64,000 nt of DNA from Planctomycetota bacterium (GTDB taxonomy: Bacteria; Planctomycetota; MHYJ01; WSZJ01). Position numbers and translations under genes: made by a program. Below are positions 15,584-24,483 of the stretch, piece after piece (position 1 is the first letter of the stretch; each line of letters starts with the position of its first letter). The stretch is from the NCBI GenBank assembly GCA_038060895.1, contig JBBTCT010000002.1, positions 200,298-264,297 on the forward strand, written 5' to 3'. The notes under the pieces were generated by a model. The model did not search any database and had not been told where the DNA came from. It saw only the letters and a list, made by a program, of their open reading frames with translations.

Positions 15584-17788
15584 ATGCGCCTCGCGCTCGC
15601 CGTGTCGTTCGTGCTGGCCGGTTGCCTGCTGGCGCAGGAGCCGGCGACGGGGAAGGACGACTCAAAGCCCGCGGGTGAAGATCCCGAGAAGAAGCCCGAG
15701 GAAAAGACGCCCGCCGACGGCGAAGCGAAGAAACCCGAAGGCGGGAGAATACTTGAACCTGACGCCGCGGAGAAAAAAGGCCTCATCATCTCCGCGACCC
15801 GCCTTGAGCGCCCCGATGCCGAGGTCCCCCGCGCGACCAACCTCATCGAACCCGAGGACCTGTGGCGCGACAACCCGCGCTCCGTCCCCGCATCGCTCCA
15901 GCGCCAGCCCGGCATCATGGTGCAGTCCACCGAATATGGCGGCGGCTCTCCCGCGGTCCGCGGACTCATTGGCCAGCAGGTGCTGCTCATGATCGACGGC
16001 GTGCGCATCAACAACTCCATCTTCCGCTTCGGCCCCAACCAGTATCTCTCCACCGTTGACCCGTTCATCATCGACCGCATCGAGGTCGTGCGCGGGCCGG
16101 GGTCGGTTCTCTATGGAAGCGACGCGCTGGGCGGGACGATTTCGCTCTGGACGCGGCACCGCGAGGAGTTCGGCACGCCGCTCGACGCACACATCCGCTC
16201 GAAAGCGCGCGGCGCTTCGGCGGACCGCTCGTTCCAGATCCGCGCCGAGACCGAGGGCAACCTCGGGCCGGTCGGATGGCTGGTCGGAGGATCGGGGAAG
16301 TGGCGCCAGGACCTGGACGGCGGCGACCACACCGGCCGGCAGCCCTTCACCGGATACGACGATTTCAACGGTGACATCCACCTCGACTACCACATCAACG
16401 ACCACTGGACGCTCCGCGGCGCCGCCATCGCCGCGTGGCAGGACAACGTGCCGCGTTCGGACCAGCTTTTCATCGGCTACCGCAACACCGGCACCGCCGC
16501 GTTCCAGGAATTCCACCGCAAGTGGCAGAGGCACGAGCTGTACTACGGGAAGCTGGAAGGACGCGACCTGGGGGATGCGATCCACGCGGTTGACGTCACG
16601 GTGAGCGCGGACCATCAGAGCGAACTGCGCAACATCCGCCGAACCGGCTCGACGGTCCTGCAGCGCGACGAAGACGCGGTGCTGTCGGCCGGGCTGAGCG
16701 CCATGATCGCGAGCAAGGTCATTCCCTATAACACGCTCACGGGCGGCTTCGAGCTCTACAACGACTGGGTCAACTCCGACACCGAGTCCACGGACCTGCT
16801 GACCGGACTGGAAACGAAAGCGCCGCAGCGCGGTTCCTTCGCCGACGACTCCACCTACCGCACCCTCGGCATCTACCTCCAGGATGAACTCAAGCCGTGC
16901 GACTGGCTCTCCTTCGTCGGCGGTGTGCGCTTCACGCACATCCGCGTCGAAATGGACGAACTCGACCCCGTCCCGGGCGACGGCGTGGATCTCGGAGACC
17001 TCACGAGGACGTTCACCGACATTTCGTGGGACCTCCACGGCAACGTCCGCATTCCCATTCCTGAGATCAACCTCTGGGGCGTCGCCGGCATCAGCCGCGG
17101 TTTCCGCGCGCCCAACATCGACGACTTCAGCGTGTTCGCAGAAGGGGGCTCGTCGTTCGACGTCCCCAATCCCGACGTCAAGCCCGAGTCGATGATCCAG
17201 ATCGAAGCGGGGCTCAAAGGCGGGAACAAGAAATGGAAGGGCTCGCTCTTCGCCTTCAAGTCGCACATCGACGACCTCATCACACGGCAGGACACGACGT
17301 TTGGGGGCTCTTCGATTTCTCCCTCGGGCAAACCGTTCAAGACCCGCGACAACAGCCGCCACGCCGCGATCTACGGAGTCGAGCTGGACCTCGAAATCGA
17401 AGTCATTCCGCACGTGCGCCCGTTCGTGGTCTTCACGTACATCGTCGGCCGCGACCGCGATCGGGACGAAGTGATCCGCCGGATGCCGCCGGCGATGGCG
17501 ACCTACGGCGTCCGGTACCAGGAGGACAAGTGGTTCATCGAGGGGTACCTCGAGAGCGCGAGGGGGCAGGACCGGCTGAGCGCGGACGACAAGACGGACG
17601 TGCGGATTCCGAAGGGCGGCACTCCGGGGTGGACGACGTTCAACGTGCGTGGCGGGTACGAGTTCACGAAACGGATCAAGGCGACGCTTTCGGTGGGGAA
17701 TTTGTTCGACAAGGACTATCGGTATCACGGGAGCGGAGTGAACGAGCCGGGGCTGAATGCGACGATGAGTCTGGAGGTCGGGTTCTAG
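15584..17788 (+). CDS. TonB-dependent outer-membrane receptor
   Basis: Signal peptide, IISATR TonB-box region, plug (LIDGVR-like, IDRIEVVRGPGSVLYGSDALGG), GFRAPN, NLFDKDY, terminal Phe. Confidence 0.93.
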   Translation: MRLALAVSFVLAGCLLAQEPATGKDDSKPAGEDPEKKPEEKTPADGEAKKPEGGRILEPDAAEKKGLIISATRLERPDAEVPRATNLIEPEDLWRDNPRSVPASLQRQPGIMVQSTEYGGGSPAVRGLIGQQVLLMIDGVRINNSIFRFGPNQYLSTVDPFIIDRIEVVRGPGSVLYGSDALGGTISLWTRHREEFGTPLDAHIRSKARGASADRSFQIRAETEGNLGPVGWLVGGSGKWRQDLDGGDHTGRQPFTGYDDFNGDIHLDYHINDHWTLRGAAIAAWQDNVPRSDQLFIGYRNTGTAAFQEFHRKWQRHELYYGKLEGRDLGDAIHAVDVTVSADHQSELRNIRRTGSTVLQRDEDAVLSAGLSAMIASKVIPYNTLTGGFELYNDWVNSDTESTDLLTGLETKAPQRGSFADDSTYRTLGIYLQDELKPCDWLSFVGGVRFTHIRVEMDELDPVPGDGVDLGDLTRTFTDISWDLHGNVRIPIPEINLWGVAGISRGFRAPNIDDFSVFAEGGSSFDVPNPDVKPESMIQIEAGLKGGNKKWKGSLFAFKSHIDDLITRQDTTFGGSSISPSGKPFKTRDNSRHAAIYGVELDLEIEVIPHVRPFVVFTYIVGRDRDRDEVIRRMPPAMATYGVRYQEDKWFIEGYLESARGQDRLSADDKTDVRIPKGGTPGWTTFNVRGGYEFTKRIKATLSVGNLFDKDYRYHGSGVNEPGLNATMSLEVGF

Positions 17789-17793
17789 GAGTT

Positions 17794-17833
17794 GCGGAGG
17801 CTGGCAGAGGCTGGCGGAGGCTGGCGGAGGCTG
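17794..17833. repeat. Tandem 10-bp repeat J, (CTGGCGGAGG) about 4 copies
   Basis: gcggagg ctggcagagg ctggcggagg ctggcggagg ctg, just after the TonB receptor stop. Confidence 0.8.
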
Positions 17834-17897
17834 AGCCGGGTTGCTGGTCGGCGCTTTCGCTTCTTTCCTCACCTTTCCCCCTTTATCGTTAGCGGCG

Positions 17898-19244
17898 ATG
17901 AACATTGCCGCCGTGATTCTTGCCGCTGGACAGGGCGTCCGGATGAAGTCCGACCGGGCGAAGGTCCTGCATGAGGTGTGCGGGAAGACCCTCCTGGCGC
18001 ACGTCCTCGACGCGGTGCGGACGCTCAAGCCCGACCCGCTCATCGTCGTCGTCGGGCAGGGCGCCGAGGAAGTGAAGGCGGAGTTCAAGGGCGAGAAGGT
18101 GACCTGGGTCGAGCAGAAGGAACGGCGCGGGACGGGACACGCGTTGGCTCAGGCCGAAGCGGCGCTCAACGGATTCACGGGGCGGCTTTTCGTCCTCTGC
18201 GGCGACGCGCCGCTCGTGCGGGCGGAGACGCTGGAAGCGCTGGGCCGTGCCGCGAACGGCCGCGTCGCGACGGTGCTGACCTGCGAGGTCGAGGACGCTT
18301 CCGGCTACGGCCGGATCATCCGCGGCTCCAAGGGGGACGTCACGCGGATTGTGGAGCACCGGGACGCCACGGAGGAGGAGCGCGAGATCCGGGAGATCAA
18401 CAGCGGCGGGTACGCGTTCGACGCGCCGGCGGTCTTTGACGCAGTGCGTCAATTGAAGCCGGCCAACGCACAGGGGGAGTACTACCTGACGGACGTGCTG
18501 CCGGTCATGATGAAGAAGGGACGCCTCGGCGCCTGCGTCGCGGAGGATCCCGCGGAAGTGCTTGGCGTCAACTCCCGCCGCGACCTCGCGCTCGCCACTT
18601 CAAAAATGCGCGACCGCATCCTCCGCCAGCACATGGACGCGGGCGTCACCATCGTCGCGCCCGACCTCACGTTCATCGAGTGCGGCGTCGAGATCGGCGC
18701 CGACACGGTCATTGAGCCCTTCACCGTCATCCGCAGCGGCGTGAAGATCGGCTCGCACTGCGAAGTCGGCCCCTTCTGCCAGCTCCGCGCCGGGGCGGTG
18801 CTCGAGGACCACGCCGAGGTCGGCAATTTCGTCGAGATGAAAAAGTCCCGCCTCGGCTCGCACTCAAAGGCGAAACACCTCTCCTACCTCGGCGACGCCA
18901 CCATCGGCGCACGCGTCAACATCGGCGCCGGCACCATCACCGCCAACTACGACGGCGTGAACAAGCACCCGACGGTCATCGAGGACGGCGCTTCCACCGG
19001 CAGCCACACGGTCTTGGTCGCGCCCTCAACCATGAAGAAGGGCTCGAAGACCGGCGCCGGAGCCGTCGTGACACGGAAGACGATGGCGGAGGGTGAGACA
19101 TGGGTCGGCGTCCCGGCTCGCCCGCTCGCCCGCGCGCCCGCGCGCCCGCCTTCCCCAAGTCCCGACAAACCGTTGACCACGCCTCCTGCCCGCAAGACAC
19201 TCATCGCCCCAGTTTCCAAGAAACGGAGCGGCCCGCGTGCGTAA
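17898..19244 (+). CDS. glmU: Bifunctional UDP-GlcNAc pyrophosphorylase / glucosamine-1-phosphate acetyltransferase
   Basis: ILAAGQGVRMKS, GTGHA, SGYGRI, EYYLTD, GNFVEMK, HLSYLGD, NIGAGTITANYDG. Confidence 0.96.
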   Translation: MNIAAVILAAGQGVRMKSDRAKVLHEVCGKTLLAHVLDAVRTLKPDPLIVVVGQGAEEVKAEFKGEKVTWVEQKERRGTGHALAQAEAALNGFTGRLFVLCGDAPLVRAETLEALGRAANGRVATVLTCEVEDASGYGRIIRGSKGDVTRIVEHRDATEEEREIREINSGGYAFDAPAVFDAVRQLKPANAQGEYYLTDVLPVMMKKGRLGACVAEDPAEVLGVNSRRDLALATSKMRDRILRQHMDAGVTIVAPDLTFIECGVEIGADTVIEPFTVIRSGVKIGSHCEVGPFCQLRAGAVLEDHAEVGNFVEMKKSRLGSHSKAKHLSYLGDATIGARVNIGAGTITANYDGVNKHPTVIEDGASTGSHTVLVAPSTMKKGSKTGAGAVVTRKTMAEGETWVGVPARPLARAPARPPSPSPDKPLTTPPARKTLIAPVSKKRSGPRA

Positions 19245-20178
19245 GAAGGAATTCCAGATCTTCGCAGGCACTTCGAACCCCTCGCTCGCCAAGGCCGTTT
19301 CGAAGGCGCTCAACCTCGACCTCTCCAACGTCGACCTGAGCCGCTTCCCCGACGGCGAGATTGACGTGAAGATCCAGGACGACGTGCGAGGCTCGGACGT
19401 TTTCATCGTGCAGTCCACGTGCCCGCCGGTGAACGAGAATCTGATGGAGCTGCTGATCATGATCGACGCGCTCCGGCGCGCGTCCGCGATGCGCATCACC
19501 GCGGTCATCCCGTACTTCGGGTACGCGAGGCAGGACCGCAAAGCCGAAGGCCGCGTCCCGATCAGCGCCAAGCTCGTCGCCAACCTCATCACCCGCGCCG
19601 GCGCCGACCGCGTCCTCACCATGGACCTCCACGCCGCGCAGATCCAGGGGTTCTTCGACATCCCGGTGGACCACCTCTACAGCTCGCCCGTGATCATCGA
19701 CTACCTGAAAAAGAAGGACCTGGGAAAACTCTGCGTCCTGTGCTGCGACGTCGGCGGCGCGAAGATGGCGAGGGCGTACGCGAAGAGGCTTGGGGGTGCC
19801 GCGCTGGCGATCATCGACAAGCGGCGCACCGGCCCGAGCGAGACCGAGGTCGCGGAAGTCATCGGAAGCGTCGAGGGCATGGACGTCGTGGTCGTGGACG
19901 ACATGATCTCGACGGGGACGTCGATCGCGGAAGCAGCGCGGGTCGCGCGGGAGCGCGGGGGCAGAAGCGTGAGGATGACCGCCACCCACGCGGTGCTTTG
20001 TGGCAAGGCGCTCGAGAAGATCGAGAAGAGCGGGTGCGAGGAACTCGTCGTCACCGACTCGATCCCGATCACCGGGAAAGAGCGCCCGTGGCTCAAGCAG
20101 CTTTCGGTCGCGCCGCTGCTCGCGGAAGCGATTCACCGTATCCATAAGAGCGAATCGGTGAGCAGTCTGTTCGTGTGA
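19237..20178 (+). CDS. prs: Ribose-phosphate pyrophosphokinase
   Basis: FPDGEI, PYFGYARQDRK, MDLHAAQIQGFF, VDDMISTGTS, ATHAVL. Confidence 0.97.
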   Translation: MRKKEFQIFAGTSNPSLAKAVSKALNLDLSNVDLSRFPDGEIDVKIQDDVRGSDVFIVQSTCPPVNENLMELLIMIDALRRASAMRITAVIPYFGYARQDRKAEGRVPISAKLVANLITRAGADRVLTMDLHAAQIQGFFDIPVDHLYSSPVIIDYLKKKDLGKLCVLCCDVGGAKMARAYAKRLGGAALAIIDKRRTGPSETEVAEVIGSVEGMDVVVVDDMISTGTSIAEAARVARERGGRSVRMTATHAVLCGKALEKIEKSGCEELVVTDSIPITGKERPWLKQLSVAPLLAEAIHRIHKSESVSSLFV

Positions 20179-20759
20179 ACGCGAACGGCGGGTCTCACCC
20201 AGTACGGTGCCCCCGCATGACGTCCGCCGAGACGGCCTACCAGTTCCGTCACGCGCTCCTGCGCGATGCCGCTCCGCTTCTGCGCCTCGGGGCCGACGTG
20301 CTGCGGCGCTCGGGGCGACCGAGGGAATCGGAAGGGCTGCTCACGCAGTCGCTGGCGCGGGCGCGGAGAGCCGGGGACCGCCTCCTGGAGGGCAGGGCGG
20401 TACAGGAGCTGGCGACGATCTGGAGGGAAACCGGCCGCACGGCGGAGGCGGAGGAAGGATTCGGGCGGGCCCTGGCGATCCATCGCGAGGTCGGCGACCG
20501 GACGGGAGAAGCCATGGGACTGGCGAACCTGGCGATCGTGTACCGGACGATGGGCCGGATGGCGCCGGCCGAGGAGCTGCTCCGGGGTGCCGTGAAGCTC
20601 TTCCGGCAGATGAAATCCCGGCGGCAGGAGGGTGTCGTGCTGTCGAACCTGGCGATCGTTCTGAAGATCACGGGACGCCTTCCGAAATCCTTCACGAACT
20701 CTGCCAGCGCCGACTCGCTTGCCCTGCTTCGGCGCGCGCGCGCATACTCGCCTGCGTGA
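20175..20759 (+). pseudogene. TPR-repeat fragment, probably a remnant of a larger ATPase/cyclase-TPR gene
   Basis: YQFRHALLRDA (winged-helix motif of AAA-TPR proteins) joined directly to a few TPRs (ALAIHREVGDRTGEA) that end abruptly. Confidence 0.5.
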
Positions 20760-21217
20760 GCGACCCCGACCGGCGCTGGGCCGAGTGGCGCGCCCGCATG
20801 GCCGACGACGGCCGCGCGTGGACGCTGTGGTACAGCGACACCTTCGACCGGGAGAGCGCGCCGAGCGAAGAAGTGCGGGGAACGGGGACCCTGCGGGCAC
20901 GGGTGGAATTGTGGCGCCGGACGCTCGGCGAGGCCGTGCAGGAGAACGGGAATCCGTCGTTCTCGCGATTCTGGGTCTGGCTCGAAGCACCCCGGGAGCC
21001 GCTGTCCATGCACTTCGAAGACGGCCGTCCCCTGGGCGCGGCCGTGCTTCGTAGCTGGTGCTCGGATCCGGAAAGACTCGACCTGCTCGCGCTCGCCGAC
21101 GTGGCTATGCAGGACTCGGACGGCGGCCTTTGCGGGCTGGCGGAAGCGGCGCAGGGGGACACGGATCTGGAGCGGCGCCTGCGGGAGATCGCCATGCGTC
21201 GCGAGCCGGCGCGATGA
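20756..21217 (+). CDS. Hypothetical protein
   Basis: GTG and TGA overlaps with both neighbours; host-like codon usage. Confidence 0.5.
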   Translation: MSDPDRRWAEWRARMADDGRAWTLWYSDTFDRESAPSEEVRGTGTLRARVELWRRTLGEAVQENGNPSFSRFWVWLEAPREPLSMHFEDGRPLGAAVLRSWCSDPERLDLLALADVAMQDSDGGLCGLAEAAQGDTDLERRLREIAMRREPAR

Positions 21218-22146
21218 GGACGGGAGCGGGCGCGGCGTGCGCCGTGGCGAGCGCGCTCCTCTACGGAGCCGCCGCGGCGAATTGGCATGGGCGCCATGAG
21301 ACGCTCCTTCACGCGGCCACGCTCACGCTTTTCGCGGCCTGCTTCCTGTTCATCGCGGCCCCGGCGATGTCGCTGCTGTTCTGGCGGTTCCGCGCTGGGG
21401 CGCGCCGTCCCGGGCCGCCGATCGAAGCGGCGACGGTCTTCCGGACGCCGCTTCGCTATGCACGGATCGAGTCCGGCGCCCTGGCCGGGGTCGAAGAGCT
21501 GCGGCGCGACGCCGTCCCGGCGTTCCCGGCAGCCTGCTGCTGCTGCGGATCGACGGAGGACCTCTCCACCTCCCGCGAGTGGATCACCCCGGAGAAATTC
21601 CGCCTCGACGCCGGGCACTCGCGCGTGCACCTGCACAAGATCCGGACTTACGTCTTCCTGCGCGTCCCCTACTGCGCCCGCTGCATCCTTCATCGACAGG
21701 CCCTCGCACGGGGCCCCTTCCTCGCGGCGCTGGCGTCCGCGCCGCTGGTGGCCGTCGCGGACCTCCTGCTGCGGCCGGGCGCCGTGCGCGCCGCGGAATG
21801 GGAAATCTCCGGCGCGGCGGTCTTCGCCGGCGGCGCGCTGTACGCCGCGTTCTCGTGGCTTTCCCCCGCCGCACCGCGGGCGCTTCACGCCGCCGGAATG
21901 GTGGTCGCCACCGCCGTGCTTGCCCTCGTCCACCCGCCGCTCGCCGTGCCGGTCCCCGTCGCGTTCGCCCTCGCCGCCCTGGCGCCGCGGCTCTTCGGCC
22001 TGACCGAAGCGGCCGGAGGCTGCTCGCACTGGCCGGACGGGCGGGCGGTCTCGGTCGGTTGCATGGCCGAGCCGGAACGCGCGCTTGAGATCGCCTGCAG
22101 CCGACCGGAATTTGCGAAGAGCATCGAGCCGCCTCGCGGGAGTTGA
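21214..22146 (+). CDS. Hypothetical membrane protein with Cys motifs
   Basis: Several hydrophobic helices; PAACCCCG and VPYCARC putative Zn ligands. Confidence 0.55.
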   Translation: MRTGAGAACAVASALLYGAAAANWHGRHETLLHAATLTLFAACFLFIAAPAMSLLFWRFRAGARRPGPPIEAATVFRTPLRYARIESGALAGVEELRRDAVPAFPAACCCCGSTEDLSTSREWITPEKFRLDAGHSRVHLHKIRTYVFLRVPYCARCILHRQALARGPFLAALASAPLVAVADLLLRPGAVRAAEWEISGAAVFAGGALYAAFSWLSPAAPRALHAAGMVVATAVLALVHPPLAVPVPVAFALAALAPRLFGLTEAAGGCSHWPDGRAVSVGCMAEPERALEIACSRPEFAKSIEPPRGS

Positions 22147-22245
22147 CGCTCGCATTCCCGGCTCCTGGAGGGGGCGGACCCGATGGAGTATCGGGCGAGG
22201 CGTCTGGCGACCTGAATCACGTCGGATCCGGGTTGCGCCGTCGCC

Positions 22246-23802
22246 TTACTTCTTCGTCGAGAAATACTCCGACTTGTTCATGACCGTCACCGCGTTGACC
22301 GGTTGCTCCAGCGAATCCTTGAGGACAATCACGCGCTCCCCGTCGGGAAACACGACGACGCCGGCGATGCGATACTTTTTCTCCTTGCGGACATAGTCGT
22401 CGCCCTGGTCGTACTCGGAATACGTCAGCACGAGCAGGTCGCCTTCGAGCGCCCATTTCCCCTTGCCCGTTGCACTCCTGATCTTCGGCGCTCCGACCTG
22501 CCCGCTGGCGCTTCCGAACGTGTCGGCGAAGGAATCGTCGGCCTTGAGGCTCAGGGTTCCGCCGTAGGACACGATGCTGGTCGAGGTCGCGCCGGTGTAG
22601 ATGTTCTCGAAGTCCAGCGAAGAGTAAGAGCCGTAGGAGTAGTCGCCGACCAGGGACGCCTTTTCGGCGAGCGGCTTGCCCTTGGCGCCCTCGCACTTGA
22701 GAGTCTTCAGGAAGACCTCGGCCAGGTCGGCCGTTCCCGGGAACGAGAATCCCGCCGACATGGAGCCGCCGACCGGGTTCTTGCTGTCGAGATCCTCCCA
22801 CGTCTGGGCTACGACGACCGGTTGCCACGCGGAGCCGCAGTCGATGAGAAACACGGTGAACAGCGTGTCCCAGCTCCTGCCCTTCTCCTCGGCTTTTCCG
22901 CAGACGAATTGGGCGAAGAGCCCGTCGCCGATGTACCGGCGGAACACCATGCCGCTCGCCTTGCCCTGGAATTCTTCCGGTACGTACGCCTTCCACGCCG
23001 TCCGCAGCGCGTCGGTGAAGGTACCCGTGGCCGGCATGGCGGGCACGATCCGCACCTGCGCCATGGCCAGGTGGCTGCCCACGCGACTTTCCGCCACGTA
23101 CCACCCTGAATTCTGCTTCCAGCCCTCCGGCACGGTGAACCCGAACCCGGGCGCGGCGCCGCCCGGCGCCGACGCCTTGATCGCGACCTCGGCGCCCTTC
23201 AGGCTGATCTGCTCCAGCTTCGCGCCGAGCAGGATCACGAACTGCGCCTCGGCGAGCGTTCGCAGGTTCTTCTTCGCTTCCTCATCCTTCACCGAGCCCG
23301 CCAGGGCGACGACCATCCCCGATGAGCACAGCGACCACTCGTAAAACTCCTGTTTCTCGCGGTCGGTCGCCTTGATCTCCCCGAAGGTCCTGCGGAAGCG
23401 GCCCGCCAGCGCGAGGAAGGCCGCGTCGTCCAGCTCGGACTCCTTCGCAACGCCGTACAGCACCGCGACGCTGAACGCCATCGCGGTCGCGGGATCGTTC
23501 GCCTGCTTGAGTTCCTTCGCGGCGCCTTCGTAGCGGTCGATGATCGAGACGATGGCCTGCTCCAGCGCCGACCTCTCCGCCGCGTCTTCCGAAACCGACT
23601 TCACGAACTTCTTGAGGAAGACCCGCTTCTCCGCCGGCTTGAACGCCCACCCGGGCACTTCCGCGGCCGACTCCTTGGTCAGCCCTTCGAGCCCGATCTT
23701 CTGTGAAGCGGCCACAAGCGGGTTGTCGGCGGTGAGCTGGGCGTACGACGCCGCGGGAGCGAGCAGGCAGAGGAGGACCAGGTGCCGGACGCTGGTTCGC
23801 AT
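22246..23802 (-). CDS. Secreted hypothetical protein (N-terminal helical domain possibly DUF6683-like)
   Basis: Signal peptide (ASYA-Q); NDPATAMAF and TDREKQEFYE; beta-rich C-terminus; strong GC3 bias. Confidence 0.7.
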   Translation of the reverse strand: MRTSVRHLVLLCLLAPAASYAQLTADNPLVAASQKIGLEGLTKESAAEVPGWAFKPAEKRVFLKKFVKSVSEDAAERSALEQAIVSIIDRYEGAAKELKQANDPATAMAFSVAVLYGVAKESELDDAAFLALAGRFRRTFGEIKATDREKQEFYEWSLCSSGMVVALAGSVKDEEAKKNLRTLAEAQFVILLGAKLEQISLKGAEVAIKASAPGGAAPGFGFTVPEGWKQNSGWYVAESRVGSHLAMAQVRIVPAMPATGTFTDALRTAWKAYVPEEFQGKASGMVFRRYIGDGLFAQFVCGKAEEKGRSWDTLFTVFLIDCGSAWQPVVVAQTWEDLDSKNPVGGSMSAGFSFPGTADLAEVFLKTLKCEGAKGKPLAEKASLVGDYSYGSYSSLDFENIYTGATSTSIVSYGGTLSLKADDSFADTFGSASGQVGAPKIRSATGKGKWALEGDLLVLTYSEYDQGDDYVRKEKKYRIAGVVVFPDGERVIVLKDSLEQPVNAVTVMNKSEYFSTKK

Positions 23803-24435
23803 GGAGCGTCTCCGATTTCGCAAGGGTGCAGATTCAAGGGCGGATCCAGAGTCTACCCGGAGTCGGCCACGCACAGAGTCCAGGACCGCGGCAACGGCCT
23901 TCTGGAATTTCGTAAACTATTCAGGACGGAAACACGGATCCGTCAAATCGGAAGGGTCAGCAGCCTGTTCACACGCCTGGAACCTCTCGATGTCGGCGTT
24001 TTCATCGTCGGCGCTCTCGGCGTGCTGTCGTATTGCGTCTACATCCTCACGTTGCGGTGCCCGAAGTGTCGCCGGTTCCAGATTGTGGATCACGCGAAGT
24101 ACTGCCGACGGTGCGGCGACGAGTTCGACGTGCTGACAGAACGCTTCCGGTGGCTCGGACGGGTCCCGCTGGTCGTGCTGCCCATTGCCGTGGTGACAGT
24201 GACCCTGTGTTTCTTTTTCCATCGTGGTCAGTTCGCCATGTGGTGCGGAGCGGGCAGCTTTGCGGTCATTGTGACGACGCAAATCCCCTGGGCATTTCTT
24301 TCAAATTGTGACAACTGTTCCGACTCGCCGATCGTCCTCGGAAGGAGGAACCGATTCCCTTGGAGGAACTGTTCCTATTGCGGTGCAAGGGTCGGATCGA
24401 CTGGGGTCCCCCGCCGGCCGTCGCATTGCCCCTGA
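23782..24435 (+). CDS. Membrane protein with two double zinc ribbons (start uncertain)
   Basis: CPKC..CRRC and CDNC..CSYC flanking hydrophobic helices; lower GC. Confidence 0.45.
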   Translation: MPDAGSHGASPISQGCRFKGGSRVYPESATHRVQDRGNGLLEFRKLFRTETRIRQIGRVSSLFTRLEPLDVGVFIVGALGVLSYCVYILTLRCPKCRRFQIVDHAKYCRRCGDEFDVLTERFRWLGRVPLVVLPIAVVTVTLCFFFHRGQFAMWCGAGSFAVIVTTQIPWAFLSNCDNCSDSPIVLGRRNRFPWRNCSYCGARVGSTGVPRRPSHCP

Positions 24436-24483
24436 AGCGCGCCGCCTGCACACTGGCTCAGACGCCACGAATTCCTCAGCCGG

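Noticed and set aside
17789-20178. tRNA-Gln often found near glmU/prs
   Set aside because: No cloverleaf or T-loop consensus seen in the intergenic sequence
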